Shown here: piece by piece, positions 1-12,669 of the stretch | Layout of the letters: each line of letters opens with the position of its first letter | Position numbering within the stretch: position 1 is the stretch's first letter | Source of the DNA: Eledone cirrhosa | Taxonomy: Eukaryota | Direction of reading: 5' to 3' | Length of the DNA: 64,000 nt | Assembly: GCA_964016885.1 (NCBI GenBank) | Contig: OZ024745.1 | Coordinates: 25,110,001 to 25,174,000 of the forward strand | The notes under the pieces: model-generated | Seen by the model: the letters and a program-made list of their open reading frames with translations, nothing else | Databases searched by the model: none | What the model was told of the DNA's origin: nothing | Program-made: the position numbers and the translations under genes

Positions 1-1656
1 ACTGCTATCTAGTAACTGAAATCGATAAAAGAATAAAAAGTGGCAGTTATTTGTAATACAGGTTTCGCCTATATACTTGGCATGTCGTGTATGCTGCGAA
101 ATGACCATGTCATCTCTGTCGTAAAGGTTACCCTCTTTAATGTCTTCCATTCAGCTCTACGTCTTCTCTCGTTTGCTCCAAGTTTGATATGTTTTCAATG
201 GCTGATTATATAAGGGGGGAAATACAGTAACATTCATAATAAATCTTGTTTGAAGGAAACGGAAATATTTTTTACCGAATCGCTGGATTCAATTCACATG
301 CTCCGTTCATATATACACACAACGAATCCAATGAAAACGAGATCCTTTGTCAATGATACCCATATACATACATCCGCACGGGTTCAACAAGAGGGCCATA
401 AACTTTAACTCATATATATTATATATACGCAATGAATCCAGTAATTTAGAGATGTGTTCTTCAAACGAGAGCTATTGTCTGATAGATACCTGGAAAAACA
501 GCCTTTTAAGTTCACACCCAGCTGGAGCGGAAGGGGTTATCGCAAGAGATTCCCAGGAATCGCTAAACCTACTCCCACATAAACGACTACGGTACGGTAA
601 AAACGTGATTGTTCCATAAGCATAAAGAAACCGAACAGCGATTGACATAGTTTTATTGAGTATATATAATAAAGTTAAGTATTGCTTTTCAGTAGTCAGA
701 TGTACACGTAGAAGAGAAATGTAAGCTGAATCAGCCATGCAGCCTCGACTTGTATTAAACACAACAGTTAAATCTCCCTCAGAAAATAATAATTGTTTCT
801 ATTTTAGGCACAAGGCCAGCAATTACCCAGTGCATTACTGGTACTTTCCCTCAGAAAATAATAATACGACCCGGTATGTGTATTGTGTCTGTGAAAAAGG
901 GGGAGGGATTGTTACGGCTGAAATTTGATTCTGAACATCAAAGATCAGCTTGATCGAAATTGAATTGGGTGGGCATTTACGTAACATATTGTTTAGGTGA
1001 TGACTCAAGACTAACAGGGATAATACATTTAGTGAATAGGTAAGTATGACTAGTGTAAAATATATATTAATAAATATACCATCAAATAAAATACATGCCT
1101 AGTACATACACACATTAATATAATATATAATTGTTTCTACGTTTGGCACAAGGCCAGCAATTACCCAGTGCATTACTGGTACTTTATTTTATCGACCCCG
1201 TAAGGATGTAATATATAATAAGAGAAAGAGAGGGAGAGGTTGGAGATTAATGGGTATAAAAACAAACATTTACATGAGGTGACTCCATGAATTACTCGTT
1301 AGCTTTGGCAAAACTCGAGTCCCAGTCAACCAATACATATATATAATCAAGACGTATTGGAGTCCGTGAGCTAAGATCACAATCGTATGTACTTTGTTGC
1401 AAATAATATACACACACTGTTTGCTAGTATACATATTTCCTTTCTTTCGATAGTAAATCTCACTGTACAACAATTTGGGAGTAGAAAGTAATTACAGTAA
1501 GGTGGTCCGTGGGGAAATTCATTGAAATAAATATGTCTTTAGTAATGAAAATGTTGTATGTGACCAGGTCGCAATCAGTTCGACGACAATTTTGACACCA
1601 AGAGAAATAAATGTAGAGTGAAGTTAATCTTCCACGCTGTAATTGGTGTTTTTATG

Positions 1657-1689
<33 letters not shown>

Positions 1690-1694
<5 letters not shown>

Positions 1695-1812
1695 ATTCCG
1701 GGTTGAATCGGAGGTAACCACACTAAGTAAGGTACTCAATACATAGCAGAGTATAAAAGTTTTAATATAGATGAGATTCTAGTCCTGTAGAATCTCATCT
1801 ATATTAAAACTA
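1690..1812. mobile_element. Truncated Penelope-like fold-back fragment between (TA)n tracts, same family as 34344-34905
   Basis: Shares GGTTGAATCGGAGGTAACCAC...GTTTTAATATAGATGAGATTCTA with the reverse complement of 34816-34905, and folds back on itself at about 1758-1812. Confidence 0.65.
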
Positions 1813-1823
1813 TATATATATAT

Positions 1824-1860
<37 letters not shown>

Positions 1861-1902
1861 AATATATATATATAGTTTTATATATATATATAAATATATA
1901 TA

Positions 1903-1940
<38 letters not shown>

Positions 1941-2034
1941 TATATATATTTATATATATATAGTTTTATATATATATATATATATAAATATATATATATA
2001 GTTTTATATATATATATATATATATAAATATATT

Positions 2035-2059
<25 letters not shown>
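1812..2059. repeat. Imperfect (TA)n microsatellite (one of many; others near 11830-11950, 18880, 20520, 25717, 40523, 60560-60800)
   Basis: Directly visible. Confidence 0.95.
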
Positions 2060-2065
<6 letters not shown>

Positions 2066-2831
2066 CCAATGATGGTTGGAAGATCACTGGTAAAAGAGAC
2101 AACATAGGTTCCACATTAGTATAGAGCACAATATATACTAAATAATAATATAAAGGAGTGGTTGTGTTGTAGTTTGCGTAAGGTCCAAACCTTACTCACG
2201 GGTGAGATGATTTAACGACTTTGAAGTGAAATGGCTGCCTGGTGCGCGTATGTATGTATGTATGGTGAAGACAGCAACCACTGACTTCATATAGTTAATT
2301 GTATTATATTATAGAAAACTTAGTGACACACAGCCATTAGTGAGGTATACACACACATATATATGTGTGTGTGTGTCTGACAGCTAATTTATTTGTCGAT
2401 TAAATATATATAAATTAAATTGAAAGAGAGATAATGAAGCTACAAAAAAGACCGAAAGAGGTGGTTCGCTCTTCTTTCTCTCTGAAAAACTGAATTAAAA
2501 CACGGACTCTTAATTAGAATACATAAATACAAATAATAATTATGATTATTACTAGCATTATCGTCAGAAAAATACCAAACAAGAACACTGAAAAGCTGGA
2601 AATTTTGTAAATAAAAGCAACGACATAGGTAGATATATATAAGTGTGAAGGAAAATAATCCTTATTTTTAGATGAATTGAACTATAACAAGGGTCGGTTT
2701 ACAAAATATTGACATAGAAAAACAAAGTGAGACAGACATGGATATATGAAATGAAATGTAATGTAATTATCTGGTGGGTGGCAATGCATAATAATAATAT
2801 GATGAAGATGATATATGGTTTGTTTTGTTAC

Positions 2832-3020
2832 CTCTCGATCCTTTAAACCGAGCAATAGAACCTCTTCCATTAGAGTTAATCGAGTTTCTTTGGAGTCATG
2901 ATCCAATTCGTCGTCCTCAACCTGACGATTCTCAACTTGCTGTACGTCCGGATCTGAGACATCAGTGTTGATATTTTTCCGTTGTATCAGGCCAGCATTT
3001 CTCTGTGTTAGCGAAGCCAT
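2832..3020 (-). CDS. GOLPH3: Golgi phosphoprotein 3 (GOLPH3/Vps74), first coding exon (63 codons); the rest lies left of the window
   Basis: ATG at 3020 gives MASLTQR...DSKETRLTLMEEVLLLGLKDRE, then a phase-0 GTAAC donor at 2831. RLTLMEEVLLLGLKDRE is the conserved start of the GPP34 domain. The ORF-track continuation past this point is intron read-through. Confidence 0.93.
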
Positions 3021-3148
3021 CACAAACTGTTGAAAAGTTTGTTTGTTGTATATATAAATATATATGGATTTTTGTCGATCTGTAACTGTCTATAATAGTG
3101 TGAATAATGTAATATTTCAACACCAGTCCGCCTTGTTGAATAGAAGCA

Positions 3149-3172
3149 CAATGGCCGCTACTAGTGACGTCT
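3149..3172. promoter_or_regulatory. YY1-like (CAATGGCCGC) and CRE-like (TGACGTCT) motifs in the shared GOLPH3/CFAP161 promoter
   Basis: Motif match only, in a locally CpG-richer patch about 130-150 bp upstream of the GOLPH3 ATG. Confidence 0.3.
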
Positions 3173-3727
3173 TAGTGTGAGGGGGGTGAAACAATCACAG
3201 ATCAGAAACGAACACCAAATAAATACAAAATAATCTTGGATTGATCCTTCTAATAAGACTTTTATAATAATATATTTCCCTTAAAACATACAGCCCAAAA
3301 TAAAATTAATATAACCGTCTGTTAGCTCATGGCAGTTGATGTTCGTGCCGTTTAAAACCATAACATACATAAACAGTCCATTACGATCAAGGAAGAAATT
3401 ACAACTACGTCAATTCCATGTTTTATATTAACTTCTCAATACACAAGAAAACAGTGGAAATGTTTCGTTTCGTTACTGGTGCTAGGTTCGTTTCGATTTG
3501 CATCAACTTACTATTTGTAGAAGTATACTTAAAAAGCGACAGTAAATTTCTTTTCATTTTTCCATTTGTCAATAAATTAAAACAAAACATTTTATTATAA
3601 TTTTTTAATGACTTTTTAAAAATCTTCATTCCATTTGTTTAGTTAAATGCCTGATATTATTTTCTTATTTGATTTTGTAAAATTCTATTTAGCATAATGT
3701 AAGTATTATTTGAATAGTCTGCAGTTG

Positions 3728-3741
3728 GTTGCTATGACTAC
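3728..3741. promoter_or_regulatory. RFX X-box-like element upstream of the ciliary gene CFAP161
   Basis: GTTGCTATGACTAC resembles the X-box consensus GTTGCCATGGCAAC and ends 75 bp before the CFAP161 ATG. Confidence 0.55.
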
Positions 3742-3816
3742 GGCGTCAGTGGGGATTTCAGGCTAAATATTGACCTTAAAACTCTTCATTTCCAATATTA
3801 ATAAATTCTAAGAGAA

Positions 3817-3891
3817 ATGTGGAACTCGAAGAACCTCTACACGCCACCTGTTCGAATTGGAAATTGGTTTGAAGATTCAGTTTACGAAGAG
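3817..3891 (+). CDS. CFAP161: Cilia- and flagella-associated protein 161, exon 1
   Basis: MWNSKNLYTPPVRIGNWFEDSVYEE matches the CFAP161 N-terminal Y..VRIGNW.ED motif. GTTAGT donor at 3892, phase 0. Missing from the ORF track. Confidence 0.9.
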
Positions 3892-4099
3892 GTTAGTAAA
3901 TATATATATATATATATAAATGAAAGTATAGAAATTATTGTGAGCGTGAAGCCAACAGTATTTCATTATATACGCTGAGGTTAACTTTGCCTTTCATCCT
4001 TACGGGGTCGATAAAATAAAGTACCAGTAATGCACTGGGTAATTGCTGGCCTTGTGCCAATAGTAGAAACAATTATATATATATATATGTATGTATATA

Positions 4100-4690
4100 T
4101 CATCATCATCATTATCATTGTTTAACGTCCATTCTCCACGCTAGCATGGGTTAGACGAGTTGTCACATTAGAGGCAAGTTGGATCGGATGACCGTGTCTT
4201 GCCTATATAGAATTGTTTCTGGCTTAGTTTCTACGGCTAGATGCCCTTCATTTACAGTGTCTGCTGGGTGCTTTTTGTCGTGACTCTTACACGACCACCT
4301 TACAGTGTTGGCTGGGTGCTTTTTGTTATGATACTAACACTTTACAGTGTAAGGGTGATGTGGACAGAAGTGGGTGGGTGGGGGTATAGTGGTTAAGAGG
4401 TGCTTAACGGCGATGCTACATAGCAGTGAAACATGGGCCTAGACTGCAGAAGACCTGCAAAGGCTAGAAAGAAATGAAGCAAATGTGCTTCAATGAATGT
4501 GTAATGTTAGTGTGCGTGAACGATGTAGCATAAGCTCACTAAGAAAAAAACTCAGCCTAAGAGGAATTAGATGTAGTGTGCAAGAGAGAAGACTGCACTG
4601 GTATGGACATATTATATGTATGGAAGATGGCAGCTGCATAAAGAAATGCAGAGAAATTCCAGTGGCTGAGGTCTACAAGGGTTGGTGATA
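4100..4690. mobile_element. Degraded RTE LINE pieces in opposite orientations (3' tail on minus, RT C-terminal piece on plus)
   Basis: (CAT)n tail plus TTTAACGTCC...CTAGCATGGG; peptide AMLHSSETWAL...LERNE...RRLHWYGH homologous to the 992-aa ORF. Confidence 0.75.
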
Positions 4691-6689
4691 TGCTATGCTG
4701 GTGAAGAACTGGCAACCATCATAAATGTGACCTGACCCATCCCTGTGTCCCTTCCTTCCACTGTCATTCCTAGTATCCTCACCATTATTGCTCATCCCCA
4801 CTCCATTCATGCTTCCCTCCTCCAGTATCACTTCTTAGCTATTCCTCCCTCTCTGAAGTACTTAGATAGCCTCTAGCTACTGTCTCCACTCCTCTATACC
4901 CAAGCTGACCCTACACCTTCCAATACCACTTCATAATTATTCTCTCCATTACACTGCCTCTCAAAATCCCTGATGAATTGGTGAGTAACCCACCCCTTAG
5001 TGACCATGCCACCCACACCTCCATCACTATGACTGCTTATGAATAATCACCATCAGTATATGCTATCGGAATTTACCCTTTGCCCCCTACTCATCACCCT
5101 GTCAAATTATACCACACTTACCATAAATCCATAACTTCATACTTATTTCTCTTCTCCTCTCCTTTCCCTACTCTCACCAAACAGAAAGGGCTCTTCAGTT
5201 GGGACAATAACTAAACCTCTCTAGTGTTGGTGCCATGAAAATGCACCCACTACACCCTGTAAGGTGGTTAGTGATAAGAAGAGCTCCCTGTTGTAGAAAC
5301 CATGTTGTGTCAATAGAATGACAACCTCACTAGTGTTGGTGATCTTCATGATAAATGTACATAGTACAGGCTGTTAAGTGGTTATTGAGGGAAAGGACAT
5401 TCAGCTCTAGAAAACTTGCCAAATGACTGGGAGACTTCTTCAGTTTTTTCAAACAGATGACTACTTGATTGAACCAAGGGGTCCTCCTGCCACCTGGCAT
5501 CACATCAAGTTACTTTCACCTGCAGCATTTAACAGCTGAAGCAGAAACTTCCATAGAAACTGAAGTGAAAATTAAAATTATATTCATAATTTTGGCTTGA
5601 CCGAAGCTTGCTGGTTGCCAAGTTGCTGACACACTAGCAAGAATTGATCACAAATTGCCTATATTATTGGGACATTAAAGATTATGTCGCAGATAGGTCT
5701 TTCAAAACAGCTGTAACAAAATACATTAATAGAACATCTTGTACAAATAAACACAATTTATAAAAAACAAAAAATATTATTACAATAGAAATAATTCAAT
5801 AAAAATTGGTCAGAGAAAGAGAGAGAGGGGGGGGGGAGACACAATTAGTTTCACTTTACATCAGGAAATGCAGGTGATTCCCTCTAAATATATTTGAAGA
5901 AAACCAAGACATTCATGACATTGCTGTTGGTGATAGCGAGGCTAAGTCATTGGAATAGCCAAGCATTCTCACGAGCATCACCTTATATTTCATACAATAA
6001 CAAAAACCTTATTGCCATAGGGTCAGTTCCCCAAATGTCTTAAATGCCATAGGTTGAAAAATAATATTGTTTACATCTAGGATGTTATTTAAGAATAGAT
6101 ATTGACCTGTTTTTTGACTGGTATTTTATTGATCTTGCAACGATGAAAGACAAAATGGATTTAGCTTATAGACATTCAAACCACTACACTACAAATATCA
6201 CTTACATTTAAGTATGACTTTTGCTAAAAGTTTTAAGTGCCTATGTAAACACACACACACATCGTCACATCTCACCAGAACATCCATGCCTGCTGGAAAG
6301 AAAAAGAAAGTATTTTTATTTTTATTATACCATACATGCAGGCCTGTGCAAAGCTGGTAATCGGCCTAAACTGATGTCAAATGTTGGCCTGGCCCTTCTA
6401 AAGTTGGTAATAGCTCCTGGGCACATGTGATGTGAAGGTCGCATTTCAAACTGTTCATTAAGTATTTTAGTAGCCAGTACTATATATATGTAATCAATGT
6501 TGATATATGGGTTATGGGTATATATACATATACATGTGATGTACATGATGTACTTACATATAACAGAACAGAATGAAAGAATTATAACTTAAGGCAAATG
6601 AGTACTCCAAAAATTGTAGGCATTGAGACTCCCAGAAACCTTATCTGTGTGCAAATATATGATGTACATCCCACAATATGGTATGAGGA

Positions 6690-7060
6690 TTTCAAGCCCT
6701 CAGCTAAAGAGACAATAGCTAGAGTACATTGCAGAGAGAACTGTTGGTTGACCAAGACCAGCTGTTGAGACAAGAGGATATCATTAGGGAGCCTAGCTGA
6801 AGAGACAATAGCTAGAGTACATCTATGAACTGCTGGATGACCAAGACCAGCTGGTGGGACCAGAGGATATCAGGAGGGAACCTAACTGAAGAGACAATAG
6901 AGTACATTTCAGAGAGAACTGCTGGATGACCAAGACCATATCACCAGATTGACTCAGGATCACCAGGACCCTTAGCTGAAGAAATAGTACCTAGAACATA
7001 TCCAGGAACTATTAGGTGATCAAGATTGGCTGGTGGAACCAGAGGATATCACCAGGTGGA
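6690..7060. repeat. About 92-bp minisatellite, about 4 diverged copies
   Basis: The unit AGCTGAAGAGACAATAGCTAGAGTACA...GACCAAGACCAGCTG...AGAGGATATCA recurs at about 6702, 6794, 6884 and 6973. Confidence 0.8.
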
Positions 7061-7415
7061 TGGAAAATAGTCCTCTTTCCACATGTACTGGGTATCTAAT
7101 TCTTCTTTAAGAGTAAATATTTTTTTATTGTTATTCTCACTGTATAACAATTTCAAATACTTTCTTAAAAACATAATATACACACTCTATTGGGTATTCA
7201 TTCTTCTCTAAGTATAAGCATTTCTTTTTGTTTGATTGTTAGTCTCACTGTATAACAATCTGGGTGGGGAGTAATTGTAGTAGAGTGGTCCATGGGGCAA
7301 ATTTATTGAAATAAAAGTGTTGTTGCTAGTGAAAAACGTTAGGAATCACAGGTGTAAAATATACATGTTTGTGTTTGTGATGATTCATATTTTTGTGTTT
7401 ATTTTTATTTTTCAG

Positions 7416-7505
7416 GACATGATAAAAGATTTCATGCTCAAGAAATCTCAGAATAGACTTTTGATCCAGAAAAGTACCACAGTTAGAGAAAAACTTTTCC
7501 AACCG
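7416..7505 (+). CDS. CFAP161: CFAP161 exon 2
   Basis: TTTTTCAG acceptor; DMIKDFMLKKSQNRLLIQKSTTVREKLFQP (compare MKDFLEKRDKGKLLIQ); GT at 7506. Confidence 0.88.
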
Positions 7506-7729
7506 GTACAGAAATACTTACTTGTTTTATAATGTGTTGATGTATCTCAAGCAATATATTTGTATGCATAGTGGATTGTGCAATTTTTCCGTAGTGCGTA
7601 CTGCTCAGTACAAGGTAAGAAGAGTAAGATATAGGGGTTGAGAGAGAGAAGCTAGAATATAAAATAATACAATAAACGAGGTAAAACTTGTTTAAAAAAA
7701 TGGTATACGTTTTGTGTTGCGATCAAAGT

Positions 7730-8260
7730 TGAGGGAAGTTACGGAGTAGGTATACCCAGAAAAACCTGGGACAACATGATAAAGTCCGCTCTTGCACACT
7801 TACACCTCTCTAAGACAATGTCACTCGAGCGAGATCTTTGGCGCCATGCAGTATTACAGAAGACCCACCTTCCCTACGTGCAAAGTTAACCTATAGTCAG
7901 TAGGCCCCTCCAAACCAAATGCACCCTTACCCACTACCCCACTCCTGCCAACACCCCCCTTTCTCTGTAAAGCTATGTTGGTACCACAACATCCAGTCCA
8001 AATTAATGAGATCGTGTAGGTGTCATGACAAAAAAAAAACACAGTCCATGCTGTAATGTGGCTGTGTATATAACAATGTAAAAAGTTCCCAGTCCAAACT
8101 GTAAATGTGGTTGGTGTTAGGAAGGGCATCCAGCCGTAGAAAACCTGCCAGATAGTCCTATACGAGTGAGACACGGTCATCCGACCAATCTTGCCTCAAG
8201 TGGGACAACTCCCGTCTAGCCCATGCTAGCGTGGAAGATAGACGTTAAACGATGATGATG
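7730..8260 (+). mobile_element. RTE LINE family A, 3' fragment (end of ORF, 3' UTR, (ATG)n tail)
   Basis: Collinear with 33020-33545. Confidence 0.85.
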
Positions 8261-8591
8261 TTCGTTTAGGTGAAGGTAGAGGTGTAGAAAGTTGAGTGTG
8301 TAAAATAGGGGTAGGGTTAAAATATGGATTAGGGTTAGAGTTAGAATTACTTGTTTGTTGCAAATACTTTTTCTTTCCTTTGATGTTTTATATAATAGAT
8401 ACTGTAGGTGACCAATTGGTAGAATAGTTAGTGTTGGATACAATGGTAGTGGTGTATGTGTGTTTGTTGTGGTGATGATAATGGTAGGTTTGTAGGAATG
8501 ATGATTATGATGATAATAATGTTTCTTCTTTCCCTAATAATTTCTTTCAATGTCTGTTTCCCCACCCCCACTCCCACCACCAACAACACAG

Positions 8592-8824
8592 ATAGAACTG
8601 TCAGTGGCCAATGATGGTTTGGTGCACTTTGGTCAGATTATTCAACTGAAGAACCTGGGAAATCCATCTTGTATGAACTTTGGTATGCCACGGCAGAACT
8701 GTGTAGTGTCAGCAAACTGCGACAGTGACTTGATACTCGAAAAAGGCACGTTTGTTGCTCCTTGTCAAATTACAGGCTCCAGGAAGACTTCTCCCTGTTT
8801 AGCAAACTCATTCATGATAACCAG
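8592..8824 (+). CDS. CFAP161: CFAP161 exon 3
   Basis: CAG acceptor; IELSVANDGLVHFGQIIQLKN...PCQITGSRKTSPCLANSFMIT; AG/GTAAGA donor, phase 2. Confidence 0.9.
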
Positions 8825-10598
8825 GTAAGATTTTATAGACATCATCATCACCCTTTCTCTTCCTCCCATGACCTATAAACTCTATCTCAATAGAATATAA
8901 TTTTGTTGAACGAGAGAGAATGGAGTACCCAGGCTGAAGTCTTTGTTAAGTTAAACAAAAGACTGTGGTCTTTTTTGAACCCCTTGCGGAGTAAATTGGC
9001 CAACAAAGAATGTAGAACAAAGTACAATTTCTTCTTGCATTAAAAATATATGTATAAACAGTCTTGACTCTTTCATTACCATATTTCTAATGAATTACTC
9101 TGTCTATGATTTTTGAATAATTTTGAAAATAATCAAGAATTCAGAGGGATTTAGTAATATAACTAAATTTCTCATAATTAACCTTTTCATGGCTGCATTT
9201 ATAAGGAAACACAGTCTATTTTAATTAATTAATGAAGAATTTTGAGGGATTTACTAAAATTATTAATTATTTCATTACTAAGATAGAAACTTAATGTAAG
9301 CTTCTTATATAAAATTATGTTCGTAGATTTTAATCTAAATTGGAAACCTTTAAAATGGCTGATTTTATTTCATAGAACCAGAGTTGGTTTTGGCTGGGTT
9401 GGTAACTAAAGGGCTAGGCTGGTATTTGGAATATAACTTAAAAGTTTTCACATAAAATTACGATGGAAGGTTTTTAGATAAATATAAACACTTTAACGTT
9501 TTTGTTATAATATTTCTAAAGAAAGGCACTGCTTATGATTGTTTTTTATAATTTTGAAAGTAGTCACAATTTCATAGTGATTTAGTAATACAATTAACTT
9601 TCTCATTATTAAGCCATTTTTTAGAATATAACTTAACAAAAGTTATTACATTAAATTATGAGGGAAGATTTTTAGATAAATATATACACTTTAACACTTT
9701 TGTTACCCTCAATCAATGAAGTTCATGTAACTGGGGCAGCCAGTCATTGGGATGCCACTCTAGTCCTTTTCTGTCAGTAGTCACCATTTGTTTCTTTCCT
9801 CTGTCATGTGCAGAAAGGTCACAGTCTCCTGTCTAGTCCTTAATCTTGTTGGACAAATATTTTCTTTCTCTTCTTATTTGCCTTTCAACTGTGCTCTGAA
9901 GAATGGTTTCGAAGAGGAAGTTGTGATGAGATATACCAGGTAAACTAGCATCATTTTACCAAAGTTGTTTGTCTGGTGCTTTGTGTATGGGAGGTATAGC
10001 AACCCCTTTGAATTACTTGTGTTCAAACGCCCATATTCTTCATTCTATGTCAGCTGTAAGAGTTCAGCTCTCACACAGAAGAATCAAAGTCACAATTTAA
10101 GCCTCATTGGAAAACTGATATAATTGCATTTCCAAATGATGTTCAGCTTTATCTCCTTTAGTGATCTGCCATACTTAGTCAAAGTAAATTCTAGGTACCT
10201 GGAGGCGTCCACTTCTTCAAGTTGCCATATTTTTAATGAAAGACTGATTATAGTTTAAAAATTATTTTGTAAATAATCAAGAATTTGAGAAAATTTAGTT
10301 ATATTACTAATTTTCTCATAATTAAGCTGATCTTTGAATCATAACTTAACTTAAAGGTTCTGACAGAAAACTATGATGGAAGAATTTTAGCTAAATATTA
10401 AATTTTAAAATAAACAGCTATGTATTGTAGAACCCAGGGCATTTTCTGTGTGGTTTGGTATCAAAAGAATTAATATCATGGCCACTCCATAAAAATATCC
10501 TCATTAACCTCTGGATAATTATTTTGCTTGTCTCAAACCTTGTTATAAATAAAAGAAAAATATAAGGTTTTATTATTTTAAATAAATTTCATTTTTAG

Positions 10599-10680
10599 TG
10601 GCAATGAAAGTGATAATGGTCAACTGTTACATTACAACCAAGTATTTTATCTCAAAATACTTGACCCAGTTGGTGGACAT
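10599..10680 (+). CDS. CFAP161: CFAP161 exon 4
   Basis: TTTTTAG acceptor, phase-compatible with exon 3; (S)GNESDNGQLLHYNQVFYLKILDPVGGH (compare GQVLRYGQDF); GTGAGT donor. Confidence 0.87.
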
Positions 10681-10753
10681 GTGAGTTGGATGATTATCTT
10701 TCTATTATAATTCCATTCAATTCTAGAATTTATTAGACATTCACTCCAGTACT

Positions 10754-10973
10754 TACCATGTATATTCAAATATAAGCCGAGGAATATGTGACCCCAAAAA
10801 TCAACGGTAAAATGAGGGGCTGGGGGTGGGGGTCGGCTTATACATGGCATTTAAACAATGTGTTGATTAGTTGCCTCAGTATATAAATGGGGTTTGTATT
10901 TTTGTCCTTTTCTCAGACATAAATAGGGTGAGGGGGGGGGGGGGGGTCAGCTTATATTTGAGTATATACTGTA
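10754..10973. mobile_element. Tc1/mariner-superfamily (Tc2/pogo-like) MITE; other copies at about 35614-35945, 39138-39650, 51641-51833 and 52732-52938
   Basis: Terminal inverted repeats of the type TAC(T/C)GTATATACTCGAATATAAG...CTTATATTCGAGTATATACAGTA with TA ends. The subfamily assignment is inference. Confidence 0.7.
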
Positions 10974-11516
10974 AATTAAAGTTTCTCTTGAGCCTACAGG
11001 AACATTATCCTAGGGCTTGTCCTGTTTCCATTGGTGATAAATAACTCAGAGTATAAGATTCTTTCCCCTGGAGGTGATACCAGTAAATCACAGACTTAAA
11101 GTCACTCACAAGTCCAGAGGTTCACCATCTCAGAGTTTATCCTGATTCCATTGGTGTTGGAATCCATCATAGGAGTGTTAATGATAGTGGCCCCAGTCCT
11201 ACTATGTTGTTGCTACAACTTACACCTATGTAGGTTTAGCTGGGTTCCGATGTTGTATCTCATTAGAGGTTTATCAGGTGTTTTAATCTCTTACAAAGTT
11301 TCTTAGGAGTTTCAATGATAGGAACTCCAACCCGATCATAAAAAAGCAACATGAAAGGAAGTGTCTTGCTTGAGAACACAATGCATTGGCTGAGCCAGGA
11401 ATTGAGCCTATGGCCATATGATCATGAGTCCAACACTCTAACCAGCAAGCTATACAACTCCACCAATGATACTATTCTGAAATGTTTCTCTCAAATTCTA
11501 TTTATTTTCTATTCAG

Positions 11517-11675
11517 CTGTATTTACAAAGTGATAAATTTGATTTTACCAAATGTTCAGAGCGTGCTCGAAAGCAGAAAGTGTACCTCAGCGATAAGACC
11601 ATGTACCTAGCCAAGTGGAGGGTTCTTTATTTAAACCAATTATTCAGACTAGAACATGAGTTCCAACATGTATGT
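11517..11675 (+). CDS. CFAP161: CFAP161 exon 5
   Basis: TTCAG acceptor; LYLQSDKFDFTKCSERARKQKVYLSD...WRVLYLNQLFRLEHEFQHVC; GTAAGT donor at 11676. Confidence 0.88.
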
Positions 11676-11830
11676 GTAAGTAAACAATTACAGTGGCCTG
11701 TATTATAATACATCTTTATTAAGGAAAAATACTATATATATAAGATCCTCTTCCTGCTATTTCAAGCGTTAAACTAATATATTCCTTCCATATACTGTGC
11801 TGTTAGTTTTGTTATTTCTGTTTACCTTTT

Positions 11831-11953
<123 letters not shown>

Positions 11954-12592
11954 AAATTTCAAGTTATCAATAATGTAGTGATAATATATCGTCACGTTAG
12001 AGATGAACAGCGTACGTGTAGGTTTGCTCAACGAGTATAAGTTATATTCTGGAGAAAATGTAGAAAAGATGAATATAAAATGAAAGTGCTCTTATAAAGG
12101 AATTTATTAGGTATTGACATATGTTTCTGTAACAGACGGAATACCTATGTATCGCTGCTTGCGTAATCATATAATGTTAGCAAGTATTCGATAGCAAATG
12201 TATAATTAGTTGTCACTTCTTCAGAGATATATATACACATATACACACATATATATATATATCATGATAAAATGCATACAGTATACTGAGTAAAGTGATT
12301 GGTGTTAGAAAGGAGACGAGCTGTAGAAACCATGTAACAGAGGGTTCTATCTACACTAATGATGGTATATATTTTACTTAATGGCATCATTTCTAGAGCT
12401 GCATGTCATTCCTAAATTGTATGCTTTATATTGGCATGCTTTCTACAGCTAGAAGTCCTTCTTAACCTGCAGTTCATATGATGTTATGGTTTATACAGCT
12501 AGATGTCCTTCCTAACACCATGTTGTTACCATGTCACTGCCACTACTTTAGAGAATATGCTGTAATATCAATGTCTTTATTATCTGTTCAAG

Positions 12593-12669
12593 GCCAATGA
12601 GACAGTCATCATTAACCATGTCTACACCAATCAAAATCTCAATGTAGAAGATAAAGTTCGGTTGGTCAG
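12593..12669 (+). CDS. CFAP161: CFAP161 exon 6
   Basis: AAG acceptor; ANETVIINHVYTNQNLNVEDKVRLV (compare ANAKILINHCHTN); AG/GTGAAA donor, phase 2. The exact donor is slightly uncertain. Confidence 0.83.

Noticed and set aside
1-930. Short ORFs at the window start as GOLPH3 exon 2 or another gene
   Set aside because: No GYTSFWND-like sequence or other recognisable protein was found; treated as GOLPH3 intron 1 with unclassified repeat fragments.
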